This document shows positions 20,344-31,100 of a stretch of DNA of 64,000 bases, piece by piece (positions within the stretch are counted from its first letter, which is position 1; every line of letters starts with the position of its first letter). The notes under the pieces are model-generated. The model was not told where the DNA came from. It did not search any database and saw only the letters and a list, made by a program, of their open reading frames with translations. The DNA lies in contig OY969926.1 of the NCBI GenBank assembly GCA_963704645.1, forward strand, positions 448,001 to 512,000. Direction: 5' to 3'. The position numbers and the translations under genes are program-made. The stretch comes from an uncultured bacterium. Its GTDB lineage: Bacteria > Patescibacteriota > JACMRA01.

Positions 20344-20832
20344 ATGAACTTTAACTATTCAGATTCTAAAATTGTAATTGGTATAGATCCAGGTACTGCT
20401 ACTGTGGGTTATGGAATATCAACTGGTAGCAAAAAATTACCAGTAATTTTAGATTACGGAGTTCTACACACCGACGCTCTTCCTAAAGAAAAAATGCCAT
20501 TTAGACTTGCTGAAATTGGTAGAGATTTAGATCAATTATTAGATAAATATAATCCAACCCATGCAATTATTGAAGATCTGTTCTTTTTTAAAAACCAAAG
20601 TACTGCAATTAGTGTAGCCCAAAGTAGGGGGGTGCTTTTGTATCTTTTAGCCAAGCGAAATATTTCTATTTTATCTTTAACTCCACTAGAAATTAAGCAA
20701 GGAATTTGTGGGTACGGAAGAGCTACAAAAAAACAGGTACAAACTATGGTCCAAAAAGTATTTCAACTACCAAGTCCACCTAAACCAGATGACGCAGCAG
20801 ACGCTTTGGCCATGAGCTGGTTGGGTTTATAA
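20344..20832 (+). CDS. ruvC: Holliday junction resolvase
   Basis: GIDPGTATVGYG and PDDAADALA. Confidence 0.97.
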   Translation: MNFNYSDSKIVIGIDPGTATVGYGISTGSKKLPVILDYGVLHTDALPKEKMPFRLAEIGRDLDQLLDKYNPTHAIIEDLFFFKNQSTAISVAQSRGVLLYLLAKRNISILSLTPLEIKQGICGYGRATKKQVQTMVQKVFQLPSPPKPDDAADALAMSWLGL

Positions 20833-20893
20833 AAAGCTGTAAACTACAAATCAATACTTAACTATTTCGCTCAATTTGAGCTTCTAAATCATT

Positions 20894-22114
20894 CTATGAA
20901 TCGGCAATTTCAACACCGGCTTCACGTAGAATTGAAGTTAAAAGTATTTCTGTGAATTGGGGAATTGTATCTATGTTTAAATACTCATCTACAGTATTTT
21001 GGTTAGCTCCAGTTAAACATTGGGCAAAAGCTGTTGGAATATTTTTTTGCTGAATGTAATACAATGGATCTAAATAGTAATCGTTCGAGTGATAAACTTC
21101 TAGGTCTAATTTATTTTTAATTTCTTCTGCGAAAATATCTTTGAATTTAGTATCTTCTAGTTGCACTGGTGGAACGTCGTATATTACTTCAAATTCAAAC
21201 TTAACTGGTGCATCTGCGCTAAGTTTAGTAGCTACACTATCTGCAATTTGTAAATATTCTTTACTAGTTAATGTAAACGCAGAAAGTAAACTAATAGAAG
21301 CTGTTAAATAATTAGGTGATAAACCAAAACCTGTTCCTCCGTGAATTTCATAAACTACTTGGTCACTTCCAACATTAGGTGGAAAGCTAGGGTCAGCAGG
21401 GTAAAGTTTAATTTGCTCTTTCATTTCTTCCCAGAACTTAGTAAAGTAATCTATTGGGTTGTAGTCAGCTCTATTTTTTTGCCATACTTTAGTTGTTAAA
21501 TTGGGAACAACTCTGGTTATATTTACTTTTAAACGTAATACTCCACGGCAACCTGTGCATACAAAAGCTTTATCACCATTAAAAAGTAATACTCCTCCTA
21601 CTAAAGCTAATCTGCCTTGTAAACCTTGGTCTAAAATCATTTTAATACCATTGTAAACCTTAGTTCCAATACTATTTGTGTAAACACATTTCATTAAATG
21701 ACCGTAGCCTAAATCGTTTAAGATTTTCTTAACATGCATTGAAAGTCCAACGGTTCCTTTCATTTTCCAAGCCCCACTTCCAAATAGTTTATTATCTTGA
21801 ACAAAAGGTGTGAATGGGTCGTAAGTTGCGTGGTAATGTTCACCTAAATCAACAGTACCGTATCCAGAAAAAACTATAGTACCTTCTTTTTTATCAAAGT
21901 TTTCTCCAATAAACACAGCTCTCTCTTCATCGCCGTCAGAATATATTGTGGCGTCTAAATCTAATTGTTTAGCTAATTTAACAATCTTTTTAGTAATTGG
22001 TTCTTGGCTGTCAATAACTGCAACAGACGGTGTTTTAATTAACTCCTTTATTGTTTCAATAATTTTAGGAGCAGCTTCCTTAGAAATATCATGGATTTGA
22101 GTTTTAGTAAGCAT
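20894..22114 (-). CDS. M20/ArgE/DapE-fold protein with degenerate metal ligands
   Basis: ELIKTPS, LFGSGAWKMKG, GCRG and TVDEY give the family layout. Confidence 0.7.
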   Translation of the reverse strand: MLTKTQIHDISKEAAPKIIETIKELIKTPSVAVIDSQEPITKKIVKLAKQLDLDATIYSDGDEERAVFIGENFDKKEGTIVFSGYGTVDLGEHYHATYDPFTPFVQDNKLFGSGAWKMKGTVGLSMHVKKILNDLGYGHLMKCVYTNSIGTKVYNGIKMILDQGLQGRLALVGGVLLFNGDKAFVCTGCRGVLRLKVNITRVVPNLTTKVWQKNRADYNPIDYFTKFWEEMKEQIKLYPADPSFPPNVGSDQVVYEIHGGTGFGLSPNYLTASISLLSAFTLTSKEYLQIADSVATKLSADAPVKFEFEVIYDVPPVQLEDTKFKDIFAEEIKNKLDLEVYHSNDYYLDPLYYIQQKNIPTAFAQCLTGANQNTVDEYLNIDTIPQFTEILLTSILREAGVEIADS

Positions 22115-22239
22115 AATTTATGTGCTCTAATACTAGTAAATTTTGTGGAGATGTCAACTATTTATCGTAATATTTTACTAAATATGGTAATTACTTATGG
22201 TAATTGACAAAAGGCTAGGGGGTGTTCAAAATTTCAATA

Positions 22240-23493
22240 GTGAAACCTTTTTCAAGTAGACAGTTTATTAGTAAGTTCAGCCAAACAGGAAATAGTTACG
22301 ATTGGTGGCTGGTTGCTATTGTAGCTACATTACTAGTTTTAGGCCTAGCTTTTTTAGCCAGCGCTTTAGCTACAACTGGAATTTTTAGTTTTCAAAGTGA
22401 GTTTTTAAAACAGTTAGTATTTGGGGTTTGGCTTGGTACAGTACTAGCTTTTGTTCTAGCAAAAATAGATTATCATTTTTGGTTTCAGCACAAAAATAAA
22501 TTACTTTTAGGAACATTGTTACTGCTTGGTTTTATTGCAGTATTCATTTTAACGGCAGACTTCTTAAAAATTCCCCGCGAAACTTTTATAACACAGTTGC
22601 AATTCTTGCCCGTATTGCCATATTCCGCTAATGGCGCTGTGCGTTGGATTTCGGTAAGCTTTTTGCCTAACTTTCAGCCAAGCGAACTGGCCAAGCTAAC
22701 TATTTTAATTTACTTTGCATCTTTTTTAAATAATTTGAAATCTGAAGAAATTAGCTGGATGAAGTTAAAAAAACCAGTTTATGCTTTTGCTTTAGTTTCC
22801 ATCTTGATTCTAATTCAACCAGATTTAGGTACTGTAATTTTATTGGCATTAATTATTTTATCTGGAATGTGGATAGTAAAAGTTCCAATTAAAATGTTAG
22901 CTATTTTGGCTGTTGTTGTGGTTATTGCTGGCGCCGTTCTAACTTTAAGTTATGGTTATAGGCGAAACCGTTTTGAGGCTGTTTTTAACCCAAATTCTTC
23001 TGTAGGCTCGCAGATTTCTTTAGGTCAATTAGCTGTGCAAAAAGGTGGTTTGTGGGGGCTTGGTTATGGTAACAGCGAAAGTAAGCAACAAGGTTTAATT
23101 TACGAAGGTTCCACCGATTTAATTATTACTATTATTGCAGAAGAGATGGGATTTTTGTTTACACTTTTATTCTTGTCTTTATATCTCCTATTACTGTTTA
23201 GAAGTTTACAAATAGCTAAAAATGCTCCAGATGCTGGAGGTAGCGCCGTGGCTATAGGTATTGGTATTTGGTTAAGTACACAGGCCTTTTTGAACTTAGC
23301 TGGGGTTTTGGGTCTACTACCGCTTAAAGGTTTTCCACTACCTTTTGTTAGCGAAGGGGGTTCTTCTATGGTTTTAAACTTAATGGCCATAGGGGTTTTA
23401 CTTAATATATCTAGCCAAAGCCAGAACAAAGATAGACTAAAAGTATTACCAATTGCAGGCTACAAATCACCTGCGAAAAGTTACGGAAGGTAG
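22240..23493 (+). CDS. ftsW: SEDS family peptidoglycan polymerase (FtsW/RodA)
   Basis: GAVRW, FQPSELAK, QPDLG, AEEMG and LPFVSEGGSS; GTG 22240 is the likely start. Confidence 0.9.
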   Translation: MKPFSSRQFISKFSQTGNSYDWWLVAIVATLLVLGLAFLASALATTGIFSFQSEFLKQLVFGVWLGTVLAFVLAKIDYHFWFQHKNKLLLGTLLLLGFIAVFILTADFLKIPRETFITQLQFLPVLPYSANGAVRWISVSFLPNFQPSELAKLTILIYFASFLNNLKSEEISWMKLKKPVYAFALVSILILIQPDLGTVILLALIILSGMWIVKVPIKMLAILAVVVVIAGAVLTLSYGYRRNRFEAVFNPNSSVGSQISLGQLAVQKGGLWGLGYGNSESKQQGLIYEGSTDLIITIIAEEMGFLFTLLFLSLYLLLLFRSLQIAKNAPDAGGSAVAIGIGIWLSTQAFLNLAGVLGLLPLKGFPLPFVSEGGSSMVLNLMAIGVLLNISSQSQNKDRLKVLPIAGYKSPAKSYGR

Positions 23494-23632
23494 TATATTA
23501 GTAATTATTGGAAACCGATGCTTTAATTTTGTTTCACAATCTAAACCGTAGGAAAACAATAAAAGTTAACAAAAGGTTGATAAATTAAATTTGAACCTGC
23601 AAAGACACATAATTAAAAAATGTCAATTTGGT

Positions 23633-23660
23633 TTGACAAAATAGGCATATTACCTATAAT
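23633..23660 (+). promoter_or_regulatory. Sigma70 promoter of rpoC
   Basis: TTGACA-16 nt-TATAAT. Confidence 0.8.
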
Positions 23661-23757
23661 TAGAAAAGAAGCTTTGCCCCGTGATGTGCATTTTGAATTA
23701 AATTAGTACTAACTCTCCCTCACGTAGGGCATTTCGCCGTCTCAAAACCTTTTATTT

Positions 23758-26700
23758 ATGTCGTACGTAGCTATTCCTAGTAACCTTAAAAATGTAGATT
23801 CAATTAGTCTCGAATTAATGAGCCCTGAAGAGATGTTGAACATGAGTTATGGAGAAGTTTTAACAGCTGAAACCATTAACTACAGAACTGGAATTCCTCA
23901 AACTAACGGTCTTTTTTGTCAGGCTATTTTTGGTCCTGTGCAAGATTGGGAGTGTCAGTGTGGAAAATATAAAAGGTACAGATACGCAGGTGTAATTTGT
24001 GATAAATGTGGTGTAATGGTTACTCACGCTTCTGTTAGGCGTGAAAGAATGGGGCATATTACTTTAGCTGTTCCATGCGTTCACCCTTGGATGTTAAGAA
24101 TTATTCCTTCTAGAATTGCTTTAATTTTAGACATGAAAGCTGCAGAAATTTCCAGAGTTGCTTATTTTTCTGCTTACGTTATTACCGAAATTCATGAAGA
24201 AATTAGATCTGAATACATTTCTAAACTAGAAGCCGAAGGACAATTAAGAATTAAGAATACCAAAGCAGATTTTGACCTTAAATTTGAAGCCCTTTCCAAG
24301 CAATATCAAATTGATAAATCTTCTGGTAATTTTGAAGTTGAAGCCTTAAAAGCCAAATATGAAGTAGATAAAGAAATTTTGAAAACTCAACAAGCTGAAA
24401 CAATTTCTAGAATTGAAACTATTGCTGAAGTAGCAAAAAAGGAAATTATGCTTTTGGAATACAAGAGCGTTATTACTGAAGTTGTTTACCAAGAATTATC
24501 CCAAAAGTTTGGTCCTGTATTTAAAGCAAGCATTGGTGCTGAAGCCATTGAACAACTTCTTAAAAATATTAATTTAGAAAAAGAAATTGATTTCTTAAAA
24601 GACAAATTAACAACTGCCCGCGGTGCTACTAAGCAGAAATTGGCTAAAAGAATGAAGCTAATTAAAGCCTTCCAAAGAAACAATACACGTCCAGATTGGA
24701 TGGTTCTTAGAAGGGTAATGGTTCTTCCTCCAGAATTGCGTCCTATGTTGCAATTAGACGGTGGTAGAATGGCAGCTTCAGATTTAAACGAATTGTACAG
24801 AAGATTAATTAACAGAAACAACCGTTTAAGAAAATTAATTCAAATTGGAGCTCCTGAAATTATTCTTCGTAACGAAAAAAGAATGTTACAAGAAGCTGTA
24901 GAAGCATTAATAGATAACTCTGCTAGAGGTGGAAGACAGGTTATGGCCAGCACTGGTGTAAAGCGTGCTTTAAAATCTTTAACCGATGTTTTGAAGGGTA
25001 AAGGCGGACGTTTCAGACAGAACTTGTTAGGAAAAAGAGTAGATTATTCTGGTAGATCTGTAATTATTGTTGGTCCATCTTTGAAGTTGAATCAGTGTGG
25101 CTTACCGAAGGAAATGGCTTTGGAATTGTTTAAGCCGTTCATGATTGGTAAAATTATCCAAAAATCTGAACTTGGTTTAATGGCTGACGAAGGATCTGCT
25201 TACAACGTTCACTCTGCTAGAAGGTTAATTGAAACTAGAAAGCCTGTTGTTTACGATATTTTAGATGAAGTAATTAAAGACAAATATGTTTTGTTGAACC
25301 GTGCTCCAACTTTGCACCGTTTAGGTTTCTTGGCTTTCCAGCCAGTTTTAGTAGAAGGCAAAGCTATTCGTTTGCATCCTTTGGTATGTCCTGCTTTTAA
25401 TGCAGATTTTGATGGAGATCAAATGGCTGTTCACTTGCCTATTACTATTAAAGGACAAGAAGAAGCTCGTGATTTAATGGTGGCAACTAAGAACTTACTT
25501 CGCCCTGCCAACGGTGAAATTATCATGCAAGGTCACCAAGATATTTTGCTTGGTATTTACTACTTAACAAGTTTGGGTGAACCAACAGAAAAGATTAAGC
25601 GTTTTAGCTCCACATCTTTAGTTCTACGTGCTTTAGCTGATAAAGAAATTGAAACCTCCGAGTTAGTACGTGTAAAACTTCCTAAAGAAAAAGGTGGTGA
25701 AACTGTAGAAACCACAGCTGGAAGAATTTTGTTCAACCGATGTTTCCCAGATGCTTTTAAGTATGTAAATCAAGAGCTAAACAAGAAAAACTATGGTGCA
25801 TTAATTACCGAAAGTTACCATTTCTTAGGTCAAGATGCTATGGCCAAAGTTTTGGATACAATTAAAGACACGGCTTTTAAATATGTAACCTCCGCTGGTA
25901 TTACTTTGTCCTACAAAGATTTTACAAGTCCTGATGGAAAGCATGAATTATTAGCTGAAACTAGAGGCAAAGTTAAACAGTTGGGTCAATACTTTGACCT
26001 TGGTTTAATGACAGACAAGGAAAGACACAGACAAGTTATTAGTCAATGGAGAGTAACTTCTGATGATATTTCTAAGTTAACTGAGCAGGCAATGGATAAG
26101 CGTGGAAACGTTGGTATGATTATCAATTCTGGAGCTAGAGGAAACGTAACAGCCTTGAACCAAATTGTAGGTATGAAAGGTTTGCTTATGACTGCTTCTG
26201 GGGAAATTGTGGAACTTCCTATTCAAAGTAGTTATCTTGAAGGTTTAACTGGTTTGGAATACTTTATTTCCATGAGAGGACAAAGAAAAGCTTTAGCTGA
26301 TATTGCTTTGAAAACTGCTGATGCTGGTTACTTGACTAGAAAAATGGTAGATGTATCTCAAAACTTAGTTGCCATGTCCGATGACTGCAATACAAAGTTG
26401 GGTGTACGTATCACAGTAGATTCTAGTAAGGCTATGAACAAATCTATTTGGGATATTGTTTATGGAAGATTCCTATTGAAAGATTTGAAAGATTCTGCCG
26501 GAAATGTTTTGGTTAAAGCTGGAGAATTCCTAGATTACGCTACAGTTAACTCTTTGAGAGATAAAGATGTGCAAGAAGTTTGGGCAAGATCTAGTGTGAA
26601 ATGCCAATTGCCAAGAGGTGTTTGTAGAAAGTGTTATGGTGTAGATTTTAGCACTCATCAACCAGTTAAATTGGGTTCTGCTATTGGTATTATTGCTGCT

Positions 26701-27726
26701 CAAAGTTTAGGAGAGCCAAGTACTCAATTGTCTTTGCGTTCCAAGCACTTTGGAGGTGTAGCTATGAAAGCAGACATTAACTCTGGTTTGGCTAGAGTGG
26801 AGGAAGTTCTAGAGGCAAGAGTTCCTAAATATGTTGCTCCAATGGCAATTTTAGATGGAGTTGTAGAAAAAGTAGAGGGAAGTATTGATGAAGGCTTCAA
26901 AATTACAGTAGTAAGTCATCCAAGCGCCCATAAGTTAGAAAAAGATACAACCGATATGATGCTTCTAGGAAACGGAAGTTCAGTTAGTGCTACAGACGAT
27001 TTGTTTGTTCACGCAACTGGTGAAGTAATGAAGGCAGGTCATAACGGAACCGTTGAAACAGATGGTAATATTATTGTTATTAAACAAGAAGCTCCTGAAG
27101 TTTCCGAATATCAAACTGTTCCAGGTTTAGTGTCTTTGGTAAGAGTGGGTGATAAGGTTTTCAGAGGTCAAGCTTTGGCAGACGGTCCTCTGAATTTGCA
27201 GGAAATTATGGAATCAATTGGAGTTGATGCTGTGTACCAGTATATTGTTACACAACTAAACGAAATTTATTCTTCAAATGGTATTACAGTTAACATTAAA
27301 CATATTGATGTAATTGTACGCCAAATGTGTAACCGTGTATCTGTAATTGATGCGGGTGAAAGTGAATTATCTTTGGGTGATTTGGTTAGCCAATCTTTGG
27401 TGCAAAGCGTAAACCTTAAATTAGCTGCCGAAGGTAAGAAAATTGTAATTTTCAAGAGAATTGTAATTGGTATATCCAGAGCATCTTTGGCTACAGAAAG
27501 TTGGTTGTCTGCTGCGTCCTTCCAAGAAACAGCCAAAGTTTTGGTTGAAGCAGTTATTAGTGGAAGAAAAGATCAGCTTTTAGGTTTGAAAGAAAACGTA
27601 ATTTTGGGTCAATTAATTCCTGCTGGAACTGGTTTTGATGGTGTAAAAGCAATTACTACAGAAATTCAAGAAGAGTTCGAAGAAGAAATATCTCCAGATT
27701 TGGAAGAAAGTATCGTTGAGGTCTAA
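23758..27726 (+). CDS. rpoC: RNA polymerase beta-prime subunit
   Basis: NADFDGDQMAVH, zinc finger CQCGKYK...CDKC, and SAASFQET. Confidence 0.99.
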   Translation: MSYVAIPSNLKNVDSISLELMSPEEMLNMSYGEVLTAETINYRTGIPQTNGLFCQAIFGPVQDWECQCGKYKRYRYAGVICDKCGVMVTHASVRRERMGHITLAVPCVHPWMLRIIPSRIALILDMKAAEISRVAYFSAYVITEIHEEIRSEYISKLEAEGQLRIKNTKADFDLKFEALSKQYQIDKSSGNFEVEALKAKYEVDKEILKTQQAETISRIETIAEVAKKEIMLLEYKSVITEVVYQELSQKFGPVFKASIGAEAIEQLLKNINLEKEIDFLKDKLTTARGATKQKLAKRMKLIKAFQRNNTRPDWMVLRRVMVLPPELRPMLQLDGGRMAASDLNELYRRLINRNNRLRKLIQIGAPEIILRNEKRMLQEAVEALIDNSARGGRQVMASTGVKRALKSLTDVLKGKGGRFRQNLLGKRVDYSGRSVIIVGPSLKLNQCGLPKEMALELFKPFMIGKIIQKSELGLMADEGSAYNVHSARRLIETRKPVVYDILDEVIKDKYVLLNRAPTLHRLGFLAFQPVLVEGKAIRLHPLVCPAFNADFDGDQMAVHLPITIKGQEEARDLMVATKNLLRPANGEIIMQGHQDILLGIYYLTSLGEPTEKIKRFSSTSLVLRALADKEIETSELVRVKLPKEKGGETVETTAGRILFNRCFPDAFKYVNQELNKKNYGALITESYHFLGQDAMAKVLDTIKDTAFKYVTSAGITLSYKDFTSPDGKHELLAETRGKVKQLGQYFDLGLMTDKERHRQVISQWRVTSDDISKLTEQAMDKRGNVGMIINSGARGNVTALNQIVGMKGLLMTASGEIVELPIQSSYLEGLTGLEYFISMRGQRKALADIALKTADAGYLTRKMVDVSQNLVAMSDDCNTKLGVRITVDSSKAMNKSIWDIVYGRFLLKDLKDSAGNVLVKAGEFLDYATVNSLRDKDVQEVWARSSVKCQLPRGVCRKCYGVDFSTHQPVKLGSAIGIIAAQSLGEPSTQLSLRSKHFGGVAMKADINSGLARVEEVLEARVPKYVAPMAILDGVVEKVEGSIDEGFKITVVSHPSAHKLEKDTTDMMLLGNGSSVSATDDLFVHATGEVMKAGHNGTVETDGNIIVIKQEAPEVSEYQTVPGLVSLVRVGDKVFRGQALADGPLNLQEIMESIGVDAVYQYIVTQLNEIYSSNGITVNIKHIDVIVRQMCNRVSVIDAGESELSLGDLVSQSLVQSVNLKLAAEGKKIVIFKRIVIGISRASLATESWLSAASFQETAKVLVEAVISGRKDQLLGLKENVILGQLIPAGTGFDGVKAITTEIQEEFEEEISPDLEESIVEV

Positions 27727-27753
27727 ATTGATTATTAATAAAAACATAAAATT

Positions 27754-27779
27754 GGAGGGGAAACCCTCCTTAAATTTTT
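27754..27779 (+). terminator. Hairpin terminator after rpoC
   Basis: GGAGGG-GAAA-CCCTCC followed by a T-rich tract. Confidence 0.65.
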
Positions 27780-28181
27780 GCCTAATAAATTTCTACAAAC
27801 TTCAAGGCTATTGAAAAGTGAGCTGGCAATTTGGCTACATGGTGTAGGGAAGATGTTTACCATCTTCCATGGAAGGCGAAGGAAAAAGGGGTAGTACACA
27901 AACAAATCCCCGCGCATTCACCCCGATGAATTTATCATTACACTTACTCTAGGTACTTTTTATTGCGAGTTATACTTTTAACCAATCTTTTGCCCAAACC
28001 AAAAAAACAAAATACACTACAACACATAAGCAGAAATTCCATTCTGTCTGTAGTTTAAAGTATATTTAAAAATTAATGGTGTAACCATTAAAAACAAAAC
28101 AAATTGTAGAGGCGAGCCTGTCTCGCCATTAAACGTTAAAACCAGGAATAACAAATTCCAAAAAAACAAAAACAATAAAAT

Positions 28182-31100
28182 ATGTCCCAACCAGGTCAAA
28201 TTAATAATTCTAAAATAAAAAAAGAAGAATCTAAATTAGATAACTCTAAGTTAACAGTATCTAATACAGATAACCATCAAATAGTTAAAAACAATAAACC
28301 TACTATAGCAGAGTATCTTCAATCAAAAAAAGGTAAATATTCTTTAATCTCTCTTCTAGTTCTTTCTGTACTTCTTATCTCAGGATTATTTACATATAAC
28401 CTATTAAAACAAGATTCTGATACAGCCAAAGCAGCAAATACAACAGCAACAGCTTTTAACCCTTCAGACTGTGCAACTTATACATCTAATGGAGGTTACA
28501 GTCAGGCTGGAATTTGCTCTGTAAGATTATATGAAAAAAATGGTCAATTATTTAAACAACTAGATGTTTCAATTGGGGAAATAGTTAATAGTAGACTATA
28601 TTACAACAACACTAGCGCTTCTTCTGCAACTAATGTAAACTTAACAGACTCAAAACCTAATTTCCCTTTGGTAGGAGCAATAACTAACAACTATGTAGAT
28701 GCTGCCCCTGTAACTTTAAACCCTAATATTTTTAACGGAAATACATTTTCTATTGCTCCAGGTGCTGGTTACTTTGGTTATGCAGCAGACAACACAGCAA
28801 CTTCTTCTAACCTAGAGATGGGGAAGAAGAAGTATATTAATGGGGTTGGTTGTGCATATGTTAATGGAGGAGGAAGCTCAGGTTACAATGGATACTCCTT
28901 ATTACAAGGATCGAACAGCCCTCTAACAACAGGTAGCTGTGGAGCTGCAGCTAGTGGATATACACTTAGTTCAAGTTCAGTAGATAGTATAGATATTACA
29001 GGAAAAAGATATTTAAACAGTAAATACTGTCAGTATGATGCTAGCGATGGTAGCTACCGATACACTTACTTTAAAATGTATTCTGCAACTAATGCTACAG
29101 GGGTAACTATGCCTGTATGCGCAAATCCTACAAATGGATATTCTCAAACTGGCGAAATTGCTTACAACGGAGACTTACTTGGAAACAAATTTGTAAATGG
29201 AAAAGAATGTGTAAGTACAAGTACTACTCAAGGTTATAGTACATACCAAATGTTTGCTCCAAGCAATGCAACTGGTGTAGACGGAGCTTGTATTGCTACT
29301 ATTCCTAATTATACTATTAGTGCAGGGTATCTTAATAACGTTGACCTCTCCGACACCTCTCGTGGTTACGGTTACATTGCATACAGTATGCAAGTACCTA
29401 GCGATGCAACACCAGGCACAATTTTTACTTCAACTGCGAGTATCAGTTACGATAATACCTCTGGTGGAATTGACCCATTTCATAGTGGAAATAATACAAT
29501 CACACTAGTTTCAACCCCAACTCCAAACATAACCTACATAAAACTATACTCTGTAGACGGAGGAAGTACATGGAGCCCTACAGTATCTGCTAACCCAGGA
29601 CAATCTGTTTTAGTAAGACTATGGAATGAAAATACAGGAGGATTATCTGCAGCAAGTGCTAACATTAAAGATTCTCTTCCAAATACTTTCACATATGTAG
29701 CAGGATCTGCTAAAAACTGTTTAAACCCAAGTACTACAAACCCAACAACTCCAGACAATACAGAACTAGTTTGTGATACTGGAACAGCTGCAAACAAAGA
29801 TACTTTATTCCAAACATTAACTAATGCTTCTGGTGTTTCACCATCTGCAGGTCTTTATGATGCTGCTGGAACCAGTGTGGCAACAGGAGGCACTGCCTTT
29901 AATGCTACTAGTGGAACTAAGGATATTGGGAAGATGAGGTATCTACATGGTATCAACTGTAGAAATGCACAGCTAGAAGCTCAAACCGTAGATATTGCTG
30001 CTAACAATACATCAACTGCATTTACTAGCTATGATTGTGGGCCAGGTACAAGCGTAGGCTATGTATTCCAATATGATACTGTTCAAAGTGGTAATGGAGA
30101 TATGTTAGGTAAAAGATACTTACATGGTATCAACTGTAGAAATGCACAGCTAGAAGCTCAAACCGTAGATATTGCTGCTAACAATACATCAACTGCATTT
30201 ACTAGCTATGATTGTGGGCCAGGTACAAGCGTAGGCTATGTATTCCAATATGATACTGTTCAAAGTGGTAATGGAGATATGTTAGGTAAAAGATACTTAC
30301 ATGGTATCAACTGTAGAAATGCACAGCTAGAAGCTCAAACCGTAGATATTGCTGCTAACAATACATCAACTGCATTTACTAGCTATGATTGTGGGCCAGG
30401 TACAAGCGTAGGCTATGTATTCCAATATGATACTGTTCAAAGTGGTAATGGAGACCTTCTAGACGCCACCCGCTCTAAATCCTACATCCAATACGAAATG
30501 ATTATTCCAGCAGGCACCGCAGGGGGAAACTATGGAACTCAATCTACAATAGCTTCTACAGCCACAACTCCAGAATTTACATCAGTAAACAGTGGAACTA
30601 ATGGAAGCGGAATTACAGTAACAGGAGATCCAGCCTTTAGTGTTAAAAAGTTATTAGCTCTTCCTACTTCAGGAACTGGAGCATCTGCAGTATGTCCAAC
30701 ATCTACTTCAAGTTATTCAACTACATTATCTAATACACCAGCAGGTTCTACAATATGTGTAAGACTTGCTTACCAGAATAAAACTAGTGGAGCAGTAAGT
30801 AATGCAGCTATTACAGATACACTATCATCAGGATTTACTTACATTAATAATACAACTTCTAATTGTTTAACTCCAGCTACAGGAAATGAACTATGTGCTT
30901 CTGATGCTTCTCAAGCTAATACAGCTTGGACAGGAAATAATGGTTGGACAGGTTCTAACTTTGCTCTTGCTCCTCATGCAGGACTTTATGGTCAACCAAG
31001 CACAGGTGCTAGTAGTGTTATGGAAATGGGGAAGAAGAGGTATGCTTGGACACAAAGTTGCACTCAACAGCCATCTAGCAGTAATCAAGAAGTCTTCATA

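Noticed and set aside
28320-28400. Class III (pilin-type) signal peptide at KKG-K/Q-YSL
   Set aside because: No +5 Glu, and a downstream TAxA site fits signal peptidase I at least as well; not supportable without a predictor
29944-30454. CRISPR array
   Set aside because: In-frame 177-bp units without spacers, and no cas genes
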